A stretch of DNA of 64,000 nucleotides, from the NCBI GenBank assembly GCA_963805945.1, contig CAWDVP010000002.1:653027-717026 (forward strand), read 5' to 3'. A program made the position numbers and the translations under genes. Position 1 is the stretch's first letter; each line of letters starts with the position of its first letter. Below, in pieces: positions 29,197 to 39,107 of this stretch. This DNA is from Vulcanimicrobiota bacterium. Its GTDB lineage: Bacteria > Vulcanimicrobiota > Vulcanimicrobiia > Eremiobacterales > Eremiobacteraceae. Below the pieces are notes generated by a model, which was not told the origin of the DNA, made no database searches, and worked only from the letters and a program-made list of their open reading frames with translations.

Positions 29197-29721
29197 TCAC
29201 TTGCCGCTATGGCCCGCAAATCGGACTTGCGCCACCAGGGCGTTGAGGGCCGCTGCGGAGGACGCCGAGATGCCGCGCGCCGCCAAGATCGCCAGCGACG
29301 CGTAGTGGGAAGAATCGAGCTTGACGAGCACGAGTCGCATGTCGATCACGACGCCTCTGTCGTTGCTCATCGTCGTGATGAACGCTTCACCGGGGATGCC
29401 CGCGATGGATCCAGGCTCGCTCTTCGTGTACGGGGCTGCGCCCGCGGCCTTGATGATCTTCACCGCGACCTCGGGCGCCGTCGCCGTGGCGACCGATGGA
29501 TCGACGATAAACGATAACAGCAGCGCGCTGGATCTGTCGTCTGCGGTGACGCGCATGTTGCCGAAGTTGTCCTGCGCCGATGACCAGCCGGTCGGCAGAT
29601 CGAAGGCATAGGCCGGAGTGCCGGTGGCGGGGAAGCGTATCGAGTCGGCGCGCGCTCCGGAGATGCCCAACACCGTCAGGCCGAGCAGTACGAACAAGAT
29701 CGCAGAGCTGGTGCGGATCAT
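29197..29721 (-). CDS. Exported hypothetical protein
   Basis: Signal peptide ending ARA; AGGAG RBS; FDLPTGW. Confidence 0.7.
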   Translation of the reverse strand: MIRTSSAILFVLLGLTVLGISGARADSIRFPATGTPAYAFDLPTGWSSAQDNFGNMRVTADDRSSALLLSFIVDPSVATATAPEVAVKIIKAAGAAPYTKSEPGSIAGIPGEAFITTMSNDRGVVIDMRLVLVKLDSSHYASLAILAARGISASSAAALNALVAQVRFAGHSGK

Positions 29722-29845
29722 CGGTCACTCCTGATGCGGCGGCGCAACGAAACGGCTTCGAGCCGCGTTTGCGGTTTGAGAAGCCTTCTCTCTTCTTATT
29801 CACGGCTCTTCGCGCCGTGATGTGACCTTGAAAGGTCGGAACTCG

Positions 29846-30886
29846 ATGAAGCTCCCCGCTCGCAGCCTTGTCGCCGCGCTTTCGCTCGGCGTGCTGCTCG
29901 TCCTGAGCAGGCAACCGGCGGCTGCTGCGACGGCCTACCTCACGCTGTCGGGTCCCAACCCGTTCAACGGCACGTGCCCGGCCACGCTCAACTTCACCGG
30001 CCATATCGACGGCCCCGCCAGCTCGAGCGTCACGTACAACTTCGCCTGGTTCACCAATGGCGCGTGGTTCCGCCCCGCCGCCGTCACCGCCACGATCCCG
30101 GCAGGCGGCTCGCTGCCGTTGACGGGCGCCGTGACCGCCGACACCGCGCACCAAGGGCTGCAATCCTACGAGGTCGACATCTCTGCGCCGGCGGGCAGCG
30201 ACAGCGCCACGCACGGCAAAGTGTTCTACACGGTCCATTGCTCGACGCTCGTCGCCGTGCCCACGACACCGCTCCCGCTGCGGCCGGTGATAGTGCTCCC
30301 CGTCTCCGCGAGCATCGCGTACTTCCGCGACGCGACGGGAGCCAACTTCATCTGCGGACGGTTGACGCACTACGGCACCATCCCGACGGATTTCGGCGGC
30401 GCGGTCGCCGTAGGGTACACCCATTCCCAGACAGGCGGTCCGAACGGCGACCCATGCGGCGTTCACGACGACGTCATCTACCGCATCATGCTCGCGTCGG
30501 GGTTTTCGGCGATTCACGGCCGGCTCAGTTCGGTCGTGCTCACCGCGACGCACACCGGCACCGACGCCAACACGGCGTGCAAGCTGGACGCGCTGACCCG
30601 AGTGTCCGGCGCGTTCCGCGAAGGCGACGTCCACGATGCGAGCGGCTTCTCCACCGCCACCGGCGTGTCGTGGTACTCCTCGAATCCCACCTCGGTGCAC
30701 TATCAGATCTATCCCACGACGGATCCCATCGCCGGCCCCGCCACCAACGCGCTGTTACAAGCGCTCTTCGGCGGCGGCGGCACGCTGCAGCTCATGCTGC
30801 GCGGGCCGAATGAGCACATCGACCGCGATAATCTGCGCTGCCTGCTCAAGTTCACGACCTTCAAGCTCAACGTCATCGCGGGCTAA
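29846..30886 (+). CDS. Exported hypothetical protein, beta-rich, two apparent domains
   Basis: Signal peptide MKLPARSL...AAAA; genome-like codon usage; Pro-rich linker. Confidence 0.7.
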   Translation: MKLPARSLVAALSLGVLLVLSRQPAAAATAYLTLSGPNPFNGTCPATLNFTGHIDGPASSSVTYNFAWFTNGAWFRPAAVTATIPAGGSLPLTGAVTADTAHQGLQSYEVDISAPAGSDSATHGKVFYTVHCSTLVAVPTTPLPLRPVIVLPVSASIAYFRDATGANFICGRLTHYGTIPTDFGGAVAVGYTHSQTGGPNGDPCGVHDDVIYRIMLASGFSAIHGRLSSVVLTATHTGTDANTACKLDALTRVSGAFREGDVHDASGFSTATGVSWYSSNPTSVHYQIYPTTDPIAGPATNALLQALFGGGGTLQLMLRGPNEHIDRDNLRCLLKFTTFKLNVIAG

Positions 30887-30935
30887 GCCGCAGGAGGGGC
30901 GGCCGTCGAGTGAACCAAAGGCCGCCCTCCCTCGT

Positions 30936-31553
30936 ATGAATGACATGAAGCTCTTCTCACTCGGTCTGATCCTGGTAAGCGCGATGGTCCTCACGATGAC
31001 GATGGCATCGCAGGCGCGGGCCGAGACCACCGTGCTCGCCGGCGGCTGCTTCTGGGGCATGGAAGGCGTCTTCGAGGACCTTAAAGGCGTCTCCAAGGTC
31101 GTGTCCGGCTACGCCGGCGGCAAGAAAGAGACCGCGCAGTACGATCTGGTGAGCACGGGGGACACCGGCCACGCGGAATCCGTGCAGATCACCTTCGATC
31201 CCGCGAAGATCTCGTTCCAGCAGCTGCTCGAGGTGTACTTCCTCGTCGCGCACGATCCGACGGAGCTGAACTACCAAGGCCCCGATCACGGCACGCAATA
31301 CCGCTCGGAGATCTTCTACACGAGCGATGCGCAGAAGAACCAGGCGCAAGCCTACATCGTACAGCTCGAACGCGAGAAGAAGTTCTCCAAACCGATCGTG
31401 ACCGTCATCGCGCCGCTCCAGGGTTTCTACGCGGCCGAGGCCTACCACCAGCACTTCATGGCGCTCAACCCGTACTATCCGTACATCGTCTTCAACGATG
31501 CGCCGAAGATCGTTGCGCTCAAACAGCAGTTCCCGCAACTCGTCAAGAACTAG
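30936..31553 (+). CDS. msrA: Peptide methionine (S)-sulfoxide reductase with signal peptide
   Basis: AGGCFWG, TGHAE, HDPT, GTQYRS, AEAYHQ. Confidence 0.95.
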   Translation: MNDMKLFSLGLILVSAMVLTMTMASQARAETTVLAGGCFWGMEGVFEDLKGVSKVVSGYAGGKKETAQYDLVSTGDTGHAESVQITFDPAKISFQQLLEVYFLVAHDPTELNYQGPDHGTQYRSEIFYTSDAQKNQAQAYIVQLEREKKFSKPIVTVIAPLQGFYAAEAYHQHFMALNPYYPYIVFNDAPKIVALKQQFPQLVKN

Positions 31554-31624
31554 CGCCGCCGTCGCGCACGTAGGTTCGGTGATCCACCGGATCGGCCATA
31601 TTGCATTTCCTCTAGCACAAGGCT

Positions 31625-32959
31625 ATGATTGCCACAGGTATGGACGCTGACGCCATCGTTATCGGCGCCGGCGCAGCTGGCTTGGCGGCTGCCCGAAGTC
31701 TGGCAGGCCAGTCGCTGCGCGTGGTCGTCGTAGAAGCGCGCGACCGCTTTGGCGGCCGCGTGTGGTCGGCCGCTTCGGGTCGCAGCGCGGTGCCGGCAGA
31801 GCTTGGAGCTGAGTTCATCCACGGTCCGGCCGCGGAGACGATGGCCCTGCTCCGCGAAGCCGGAACCGCTGCCGTCGACACGGTCCGCGAGTCGTGGACG
31901 CTGTGCGCAGGCGGGGAGCTGCGACGTGGGGACGACGAGTTCATGTCGTCCGCCCGCATCTTCGGACAAGCGCTCACGCTCGCAAACGACGAGAGCGTGG
32001 AGCGGTTTCTGCGGCGCTTTGACGATGACAGGGCATTGCGACAGACGGCGGAGACGGCCCGCGCATTCGTCGAAGGCTTCGACGCCGCCGATCCCGCGAT
32101 CGCGAGCGCGCGAGCGATCGCGGACGAGTGGCGATCGGGCGTCGATTTCGCTAGCGCGCGGCCGCTCGGCGGATACTTCCAGCTGTTCGAGCTTCTGCGC
32201 ATGGCCTGCACTCGCGCCGGCTGTCAGATCCTTCTATCGACCGCAGTGCGTCGAATCTCATGGCGCAGGGGCGCTGTCACGGTTGAAGCGAGAAGCGGCT
32301 CGGGGGAAGCGCTGTCGACTTGCGCTCGGGCTGCCGTCGTGACGCTGCCCGTCGGCGTCCTGCGTCATCGCGGCGACGAGACGGAAGTCGTGTTCGACCC
32401 CGAGCTGCCGAAAGCGAAGCGCAAAGCGCTTGCGAGCATCGAGATGGGCGACGCGGTGAAGGTGGTTCTGCTGTTCCGGACCGCGTTTTGGGAACGGATC
32501 CGCAATGGGAGCTATCGCGACACTGCGTTCTTCCGCCGCGCGGGCCCGACATTCCCGACATACTGGACGCAGTTTCCAGTCCGCAGCGAGTTGATCGTCG
32601 CATGGGCCGGTGGCCCGAAGGCGACCGCGTTGAAGGGCGCCTCGGCGGCGGAACTCGTCGATCTCGCGCTGGACGGCCTCGGCGCGTTGTTCGGCGAGCC
32701 CGCACTCGTCCGCGAGGAATTCGAAAAAGGGCTTGTGCACGATTGGGGCGCCGATGCGTTCGCGCGCGGCGCATACAGTTACATCGCCGTCGGCGGCGGG
32801 AACGCGCACAAGGCGCTCGCGGCACCCTTGAACGACACGCTGTTCTTCGCGGGCGAAGCCACGTCGGACGACGGTCAGGCCGGAACGGTGAACGGCGCGC
32901 TCGAAACCGGCGAACGCGCCGCTCGCGAGGCCGCGATGTCGCTCGGTGTATCACGGTGA
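31625..32959 (+). CDS. Flavin monoamine oxidase family protein
   Basis: IGAGAAGL, EARDRFGGR, ELGAEFIHG, RGAYSY, FAGEAT, GTVNGA. Confidence 0.9.
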   Translation: MIATGMDADAIVIGAGAAGLAAARSLAGQSLRVVVVEARDRFGGRVWSAASGRSAVPAELGAEFIHGPAAETMALLREAGTAAVDTVRESWTLCAGGELRRGDDEFMSSARIFGQALTLANDESVERFLRRFDDDRALRQTAETARAFVEGFDAADPAIASARAIADEWRSGVDFASARPLGGYFQLFELLRMACTRAGCQILLSTAVRRISWRRGAVTVEARSGSGEALSTCARAAVVTLPVGVLRHRGDETEVVFDPELPKAKRKALASIEMGDAVKVVLLFRTAFWERIRNGSYRDTAFFRRAGPTFPTYWTQFPVRSELIVAWAGGPKATALKGASAAELVDLALDGLGALFGEPALVREEFEKGLVHDWGADAFARGAYSYIAVGGGNAHKALAAPLNDTLFFAGEATSDDGQAGTVNGALETGERAAREAAMSLGVSR

Positions 32960-32962
32960 TCG

Positions 32963-33502
32963 ATGGCTGAAACCGCATCGGCTTTCCTCGCTCCCTGGTC
33001 GACCTTCTACGTGATGGTCGGTTCAGCGGCTGCCGCCCTGACCGGTCTCATGTTCGTCGTCATCACCCTGGTCACGCGCATAGAGCACGTGGAGAAGAGG
33101 AGCGATGGGATCGCGACGTTCAGCACGCCGATCGTCGTGCACTTCGGCGCGGCATTGCTCGTCTCGATGATCCTCAGCGCGCCTTGGCACTTGCTGCTTC
33201 ATCCTGCCGTGCTCGTCGGGTGTGTCGGCGCGGGCGGCTTGGCGTACTTGTCGCGTGTGACGAACGTGGTGAAACGACTGGCCTACGAACCGGATTTCGA
33301 GGACTGGACCTGGTATACGGTCATCCCATTCCTCGGCTATGGCGCGCTCTTGGCGGGCGCGATCATGCTTCTAGGGATCCCGGTGAAGGCGCTGTTCGTG
33401 CTCGCCGCCGGCGCCGCGCTACTGATCTTCGCGGGCATTCGCAATGCGTGGGACATCGTGACATATATCGCGATAGGGCTCCGTGAGGGACCACCGGGCT
33501 AA
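32963..33502 (+). CDS. Membrane protein of unknown function
   Basis: GSAAAALTGLMFVVIT, GIRNAWD; about five TM segments. Confidence 0.8.
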   Translation: MAETASAFLAPWSTFYVMVGSAAAALTGLMFVVITLVTRIEHVEKRSDGIATFSTPIVVHFGAALLVSMILSAPWHLLLHPAVLVGCVGAGGLAYLSRVTNVVKRLAYEPDFEDWTWYTVIPFLGYGALLAGAIMLLGIPVKALFVLAAGAALLIFAGIRNAWDIVTYIAIGLREGPPG

Positions 33503-34344
33503 GCGGTGACGCGGGCGCTATACTCCCACATGCGACGCGCGAGCTCGGCGTCGTTCGCGAGCGGGTTCGGCGCAGCGGGTCGACAGAGTCTGTAGAAGCC
33601 GCCGCTCTGCCCGGCCAGTTCCGGCGCGGAGGCGACATAGACCGATGTCTTCGCCCCGTCCTCGGGCGAGATGCCCCACGGCCTCACGAAGAACCAGCCG
33701 AAGCCCACGACGCCGCCGACCTCGCCGAAATCGGTCGCGACCAACCCCGGATGCAACGCGTTGACGGTGACCACCGCCGGATCGAGCCGCCGTGCGAGCT
33801 CTTTGGTGAACAACATGTTGGCGAGCTTCGACCGCTCGTAGGCGGTCGGCGGCCAGAAGCTGTGCTCGGCGTTGAGATTCGCAAAATCGATGACGGCGGA
33901 CAGGTGCGCGTCGGAGTTCACGTTGACGATGCGCGCCGGCGCGTTCGCGCTGAGCACGGGCAGCAGCGCCTGGCTGAGCACGAACGGTGCGAGATGGTTC
34001 ACCGCGAAGGTGAGCTCGAAGCCGTCCTTCGTGATGAAGCGCCGCGGCGCGATGAGGCCGGCGTTGTTGACGAGCACGCTGAGAGTTGGAAAAGACCGCG
34101 CGAGCGTCTGCGCAAGGCCGCGCACCTCTTCGAGACTCGAGAGATCGGCGAATGCGATATCGGTGCGCGCCGCCGGCAACGCTCGTGTGACGAACGCCTG
34201 CGCTTCTTCGGCGCGCTCGCGTGTGCGGGCGATCAACACGACGTGCGCGCCCTGCTCGGCGAGGCGCAGCGCGGTATACTTGCCGATGCCGCCGTTGGCA
34301 CCGGTGATCGCGACGACGCGCCCGGACATCGCTTGCGACACCAT
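33499..34344 (-). CDS. SDR oxidoreductase (retinol dehydrogenase-like)
   Basis: TGANGGIG, NNAG, NHLAPF, YERSK, LHPG. Confidence 0.9.
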   Translation of the reverse strand: MVSQAMSGRVVAITGANGGIGKYTALRLAEQGAHVVLIARTRERAEEAQAFVTRALPAARTDIAFADLSSLEEVRGLAQTLARSFPTLSVLVNNAGLIAPRRFITKDGFELTFAVNHLAPFVLSQALLPVLSANAPARIVNVNSDAHLSAVIDFANLNAEHSFWPPTAYERSKLANMLFTKELARRLDPAVVTVNALHPGLVATDFGEVGGVVGFGWFFVRPWGISPEDGAKTSVYVASAPELAGQSGGFYRLCRPAAPNPLANDAELARRMWEYSARVTA

Positions 34345-34424
34345 GCGCGGGTCTTCCCGGTCATCGGCGGTTGGCCTTCGCGCCGAAACGGAATGGCGCT
34401 GCGCGTTCGCCAAGCCGGACGGCC

Positions 34425-35264
34425 ATGGGGGTCATCCTTGCACTGCTCGCGGCATGCGTCTATGGCATCGCCGATTTTCTCGGGGGTCTCGCGACCAAAC
34501 GCAGCGCGGTGTGGACGGTGGTGGTGCTCACCGGCTCGGTCGGGCTGGTCACCGCATTGGCGCTCCTGCCGCTGCTGCATCAAGGGCCGCCGCTGCGCAG
34601 CGATCTCGAGATCGGCGTCCTCATCGGCGTGGTGGGCGCGGCCGGCTTCGCGTCGTTCTATCGCGGCCTCGCGGTCGCGCGCATGAGCGTCGTCGCGCCG
34701 ATCACCGCGGTCATCGCGGCGATCGTGCCGGTGGGCTACGGTCTGCTGCGCGGCGAGCATCTCTCGCCGCTCGCGTTCTTCGGCATCGCGCTCGCGCTGC
34801 TCGCGGTCGCGCTGGTGTCGCGCTCGAGCGATGAAGATGTCGCCGGCGATCCCGAGCCCGCGCGTTCCGGCCTGCTGCTCGCGCTCGTCGCCGGCCTCGC
34901 GTTCGGCCTCATCTACGTGCTGCTCGCGATGTCGTCGCGCGGCGTGTGGCCGCTCGTCGCATCGCGCGCGACGAGCGTCACGCTCGTCTTGATCTTCGCG
35001 CTCGTCACGCGACGGCTCACGCGGCCCGCGCCCGGTTCGCTGCGCATCATCGTCGGCGCCGGCGTGCTCGACATGGCGGCCAACGTGTTCTATCTCGTCG
35101 CGCTGCGCTACACGCTGGTGAGCATCGCCGCGGTCGTCGCATCGCTGTATCCCGCGAGCACGGTGATGCTCGCGCGCATCGTGCTGCACGAACGCCTCGG
35201 CCTGGTGCAATGGGCGGGCGTGGCGTGCGCGATCGTGGGCGTGGTGTTGTTGTCCGCCGGCTGA
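34425..35264 (+). CDS. EamA/DMT transporter
   Basis: YGIADFLGG, MSVVAPI, ASLYPASTV, LHERL. Confidence 0.88.
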   Translation: MGVILALLAACVYGIADFLGGLATKRSAVWTVVVLTGSVGLVTALALLPLLHQGPPLRSDLEIGVLIGVVGAAGFASFYRGLAVARMSVVAPITAVIAAIVPVGYGLLRGEHLSPLAFFGIALALLAVALVSRSSDEDVAGDPEPARSGLLLALVAGLAFGLIYVLLAMSSRGVWPLVASRATSVTLVLIFALVTRRLTRPAPGSLRIIVGAGVLDMAANVFYLVALRYTLVSIAAVVASLYPASTVMLARIVLHERLGLVQWAGVACAIVGVVLLSAG

Positions 35265-35269
35265 TCCGT

Positions 35270-35332
35270 ATGTAGGGGTCGACCTTTGTCGACCTCGTTA
35301 GCATATGTAGGGGTCGACCTTTAGGTCGACCC
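35270..35332 (+). repeat. Tandem pair of GTAG-type REP palindromes
   Basis: atgtaggggtcgacctttgtcgacc ... atgtaggggtcgacctttaggtcgaccc between convergent genes. Confidence 0.8.
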
Positions 35333-35336
35333 TCGC

Positions 35337-35717
35337 TTAGCGGCGGCAGCACACCTCGAGCTTGTTGCCTTCCGGGTCTTCGAAGAACACCGCGTAGTAC
35401 GGCTGGATGTAGGTCGGACAATCCTCCGGCCCTTCGACGTTCTTCGCGCCGGCTCGCGCGAGCAGCGCGCCGATCGCGTCGACGTCCGCCCGTGAAGCCG
35501 CGGCGAAGGCGATGCGCGTCTCACTCGGCGCATGCCCGGAGTACTCGTCGATGGCGAAGAACTGGCCGGCGTCGTCCGGGCAGTAGTACTCGACCACACG
35601 AGCGCTTTCGTCCACCTTGGTGAAGCCGAGCGCGGGCATGAGCGCGTCGTAGAACGCGCGCACGCGCTGCAGGCTGCCGACGCGATGGTCGATGTGGTCG
35701 AAGGGATATTTCCTCAC
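35337..35717 (-). CDS. VOC family protein
   Basis: FDHIDHRV..FYDALM..IAFAAASRADVD..YYAVFFEDPEGNKLE. Confidence 0.88.
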   Translation of the reverse strand: MRKYPFDHIDHRVGSLQRVRAFYDALMPALGFTKVDESARVVEYYCPDDAGQFFAIDEYSGHAPSETRIAFAAASRADVDAIGALLARAGAKNVEGPEDCPTYIQPYYAVFFEDPEGNKLEVCCRR

Positions 35718-36928
35718 GGCGCGACCTTGGCCGGCGAGCCGTTCGTCTTCGCCACTCCGGGGCGCTTCGCGAAGAACTCGGTCCACGCGCGGAAGCCCTT
35801 CTTGAGCAATGGCCGCTCCAAGATGTACGTGATCAATGTGGACACGACGATCGACACGACGATCGTGACGACGGTGAACGACCACTGCCACCGGAGATCG
35901 GTGAAGAAGTGCTCGGTGCGCACGGACGGGATGTTGTGGCGTCCGAGGAAATTCGCGATGAGCTGATGCCACAGGTACAGGTTGTACGAGATGATCGACA
36001 GGAACACGAGCACGCGGTTGGCGATCACCTTGCGCCACCATTCGAACGCCAGACACGAGCTCACGGTGAGCAGGATGAACGTCAAGCCGAGCAGCGTGAG
36101 ATGCGAGTTCGTCCACAGCTGCTGCCAGTACAGCACGACGCGGATCTCGAACAAGCTGTAGAGCAGCACGCCGTACACGACGAAGCCGGTCATCCCCAGC
36201 AGCGTGAACGCGAGCCGCCAGCTCGCGGGGTCCGGCAAGCGGTTCTTCGCCAGCACGAACAGCCACGACGCGAGCATGCCGCAGCCGAAGAGATCCAGGA
36301 ACGCCGGCATCTGCGACATCACGACGTAGTCGCCGAGGTAGTGCGGCGCGAGCACCAGCCGGTAGGTGTTGGCGATCGCGAGCATCGCGCCGAACGTGAG
36401 CAGCGGCCAGCGCCGGAAGCACCAGCAGATGAGCGGGAACGCGACATAGAACTGGACCTCGATCGCGAGCGTCCACCACACGCCGTTGATGGCGCCGAAG
36501 CTGTCGCGGAACCAGTTCTGGATGAAGAGCATGTGCGTGACGTATTGGAACACGAGGTGGGCGCCGACGAACGCGGCGACGATCCACGGCGTGAGCACCA
36601 GCAGTTGGAAATAGTACGACGGCACGATCTTGATGAACCGCCGGTAGGCGAACTCTCTGACCGTCTGGAGCTTCTTGCCTTCGAAGATGTGGCGCGCGTA
36701 CGGATAGAACAGCACGAAGCCGCTGATGAAGAAGAACAGATCGACGCCCGTGAAGCCGGTCTCCACCGCGAACTGGAAGCTGATGTGCTTGCCGAACGCG
36801 TTGAACTCCGTCCCGAGCCAGCTCCACTCCCACACGTGATACCACAGCACGATGAGGATCGCCAGGCCGCGCAGCCCGTCGAGCACGTCGAGACGCGCGT
36901 CAGGCGTCGGGCGCGTGGACTCAACCAT
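35714..36928 (-). CDS. Acyltransferase family 3 (OafA-like)
   Basis: LDGLRGLA, GVDLFFFISGF, WTLAIEVQFY, ISYNLYLWH. Confidence 0.92.
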   Translation of the reverse strand: MVESTRPTPDARLDVLDGLRGLAILIVLWYHVWEWSWLGTEFNAFGKHISFQFAVETGFTGVDLFFFISGFVLFYPYARHIFEGKKLQTVREFAYRRFIKIVPSYYFQLLVLTPWIVAAFVGAHLVFQYVTHMLFIQNWFRDSFGAINGVWWTLAIEVQFYVAFPLICWCFRRWPLLTFGAMLAIANTYRLVLAPHYLGDYVVMSQMPAFLDLFGCGMLASWLFVLAKNRLPDPASWRLAFTLLGMTGFVVYGVLLYSLFEIRVVLYWQQLWTNSHLTLLGLTFILLTVSSCLAFEWWRKVIANRVLVFLSIISYNLYLWHQLIANFLGRHNIPSVRTEHFFTDLRWQWSFTVVTIVVSIVVSTLITYILERPLLKKGFRAWTEFFAKRPGVAKTNGSPAKVAP

Positions 36929-38147
36929 CGCTGCTCGCCGGCGCGGGCGCGGGCGCCGGTGCGGCTGTCGGCGCGATCGGTCGCCGCGTGAAGAGATCGC
37001 TGATCGCCCGGAATCCTTTCTTGAGCAGCGGCCGCTCGATGAAGTAGGTGATCGCGGTCGAGACGCCTACCGAGACGACGAGCGACCAGACCGTGTACTG
37101 CCACTTCCAATGATCGTCATAATGCGGGTCCGGCGTGAGCGGCGTGGGGATGCGGTGGTGGAGCATCCACAACATGATGACGTTATGCCACAGGTAGAGA
37201 TTGTACGAGATGACGCCCAGGAAGAGGAAGAACTTGTTGGCGATGATCGCGCGCAGCCAGGGATACGAGAGGCAGGCCGCCACCGCGAACACCGCGAGCA
37301 AGGCGCCCAGATACGTGCGGTTGTGCGCCTGCCATGCGTAATAGCCGTTCTGCACATAGAGCAGCGTCAGCAGGTTGTTGAGCATCGCGTAGATGCCGGC
37401 GAAGGCGCCGGCCGCGACGAGCGTCGCCAGCGGACGGAAGCGCTCGATGTCCGGTACCTTGTTGCGCAGCAAGACGAAGAACCACGACGCGAGCATGCCG
37501 CTGGCGAAGAGATCGAGATACGCCGGCATCTGGTTCAGGCTCACGTAATCGCCGATGCAGCAGTTGGCGTAGTGCGCGCGGTAGAGGATCGCGCCGCCGG
37601 CCATCGCGAGGTACACGAGCGGCGGCCAGCGCCGGAACGCCCAGCACAGCAGCGGGAAGAAGAGATAGAACTGCACCTCGACCGCGAGGCTCCACAACAC
37701 GCCGTTGACGCCGACCCAGGTGTCGACCCAGAAGCTGTGGATGAAGAAGAGATGGGTGAAGCCTTGCCACAGCACCTCGCGCCACGAGTGGAAATCCCCC
37801 AGCAGCAGCATCGCGGCGACGAGCGCGATGACGTAGCTCGGCACGATCTTGATGAAGCGGCGATAGGCGAACTCCTTGACGGTCTGGAGCTTCTTGCCTT
37901 CGAACATGTGGCGTGCATAGGGATAGAACAGCACGAAGCCGCTGATGAAGAAGAACACCTCGACGCCCATGCCGCCGGTGCCGGGCACGATGAGCAGGTT
38001 GAACTGGTGGCCCCACAGGTTGAAGTACGGGCTCAACCACGAGAAGAGCCACAGATGCCACCAGACCACCATGAGAATGGCGATCCCGCGCATGCCGTCG
38101 AGCACGTCCAGCCGTGCATCGGAAGTAGGACGGACCGTTGTAGCCAT
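36921..38147 (-). CDS. Acyltransferase family 3 (OafA-like), tandem paralog
   Basis: LDGMRGIA, GVEVFFFISGF, WSLAVEVQFY, ISYNLYLWH. Confidence 0.92.
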   Translation of the reverse strand: MATTVRPTSDARLDVLDGMRGIAILMVVWWHLWLFSWLSPYFNLWGHQFNLLIVPGTGGMGVEVFFFISGFVLFYPYARHMFEGKKLQTVKEFAYRRFIKIVPSYVIALVAAMLLLGDFHSWREVLWQGFTHLFFIHSFWVDTWVGVNGVLWSLAVEVQFYLFFPLLCWAFRRWPPLVYLAMAGGAILYRAHYANCCIGDYVSLNQMPAYLDLFASGMLASWFFVLLRNKVPDIERFRPLATLVAAGAFAGIYAMLNNLLTLLYVQNGYYAWQAHNRTYLGALLAVFAVAACLSYPWLRAIIANKFFLFLGVISYNLYLWHNVIMLWMLHHRIPTPLTPDPHYDDHWKWQYTVWSLVVSVGVSTAITYFIERPLLKKGFRAISDLFTRRPIAPTAAPAPAPAPASSDG

Positions 38148-38228
38148 AACGTCGACGACCTGCGGCTTCGGCGGCGGCGGGCGCGCAGCCTAGGGATGGC
38201 CGCCACACCCCCATAAGTGCGCGGCGGC

Positions 38229-39107
38229 ATGGACCTCACACGCGGCCGGCTCATCGTGTGTCCGACGCCGCTCGGCAATCTGGAAGATATGACCGCGCGC
38301 GCGCTGCGCGCGTTACGCGAGTGCGACGTGGTCGTGGCCGAAGACACCCGCGTGACCGGCAATCTGCTGCGGCATTTCGGCATCGTCAAGCCGCTGCGTT
38401 CGCTGCACGAGCGCGTCGAAGCGCAGCGCTTGCGCGAGATCCGCGGCCTGCTCGAGGAAGGCAAGACGGTCGCGTTCGCCACCGACGCCGGCATGCCGGG
38501 CATCTCCGATCCCGGCGGCGCGCTCGTGCGCATGGCGCGCGAAGCCGGTGCCGCGATCGACGTGCTGCCGGGTCCAACGGCGTTCGTCGGCGCGCTCGTG
38601 CTCAGCGGCTTCGATGTCAGCCGCTTCCGCTTCGACGGCTTCCCGCCGCGCAAGCAGGGCGAACGGCGCGCGTACTTGCACTCGCTCGCGGCCGAGACGT
38701 GCGCGGTCGCGTGGTACGAGGCGCCGACGCGCGTCATCGCGCTGCTCGACGACGTCGAACGCGAGTTGCCCGACCGGCGCGTCTTCGTGCTGCGCGAATA
38801 CACCAAGAAATTCGAACAGCACGTGCTGGGGACCGCGCGCGAAGCGAAAGCGGCGATCGCACGCCCGCCGCGCGGCGAGTTCAGCGTCGTGCTCGAGGGC
38901 GCGCGCGTTGTCGCGGCGCCGGACGAGATTCCACCCGAGGCGATCGTGGCGGTCCGCAAACTCATCGCGCGCGGCAGCGGTGCGCGCGACGCGGTCGAGG
39001 CGGTGGCGCTCGCGACAGGCCTGCCGAAGCACGCGCTGTACAAACTCGCGCACCCGCCCGCGATATCTACTGGGTCGGCGCCGCGCGCGCCTCGCGTCAA
39101 GAAATAG
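38229..39107 (+). CDS. rsmI: 16S rRNA C1402 2'-O-methyltransferase
   Basis: PTPLGNLED, AEDTR, DAGMPGISDPG, RGEF. Confidence 0.95.
   Translation: MDLTRGRLIVCPTPLGNLEDMTARALRALRECDVVVAEDTRVTGNLLRHFGIVKPLRSLHERVEAQRLREIRGLLEEGKTVAFATDAGMPGISDPGGALVRMAREAGAAIDVLPGPTAFVGALVLSGFDVSRFRFDGFPPRKQGERRAYLHSLAAETCAVAWYEAPTRVIALLDDVERELPDRRVFVLREYTKKFEQHVLGTAREAKAAIARPPRGEFSVVLEGARVVAAPDEIPPEAIVAVRKLIARGSGARDAVEAVALATGLPKHALYKLAHPPAISTGSAPRAPRVKK

Noticed and set aside
35270..35332. Mini CRISPR array
   Set aside because: Only two units with a roughly 10-nt spacer, no cas genes, and dispersed copies elsewhere indicate REP
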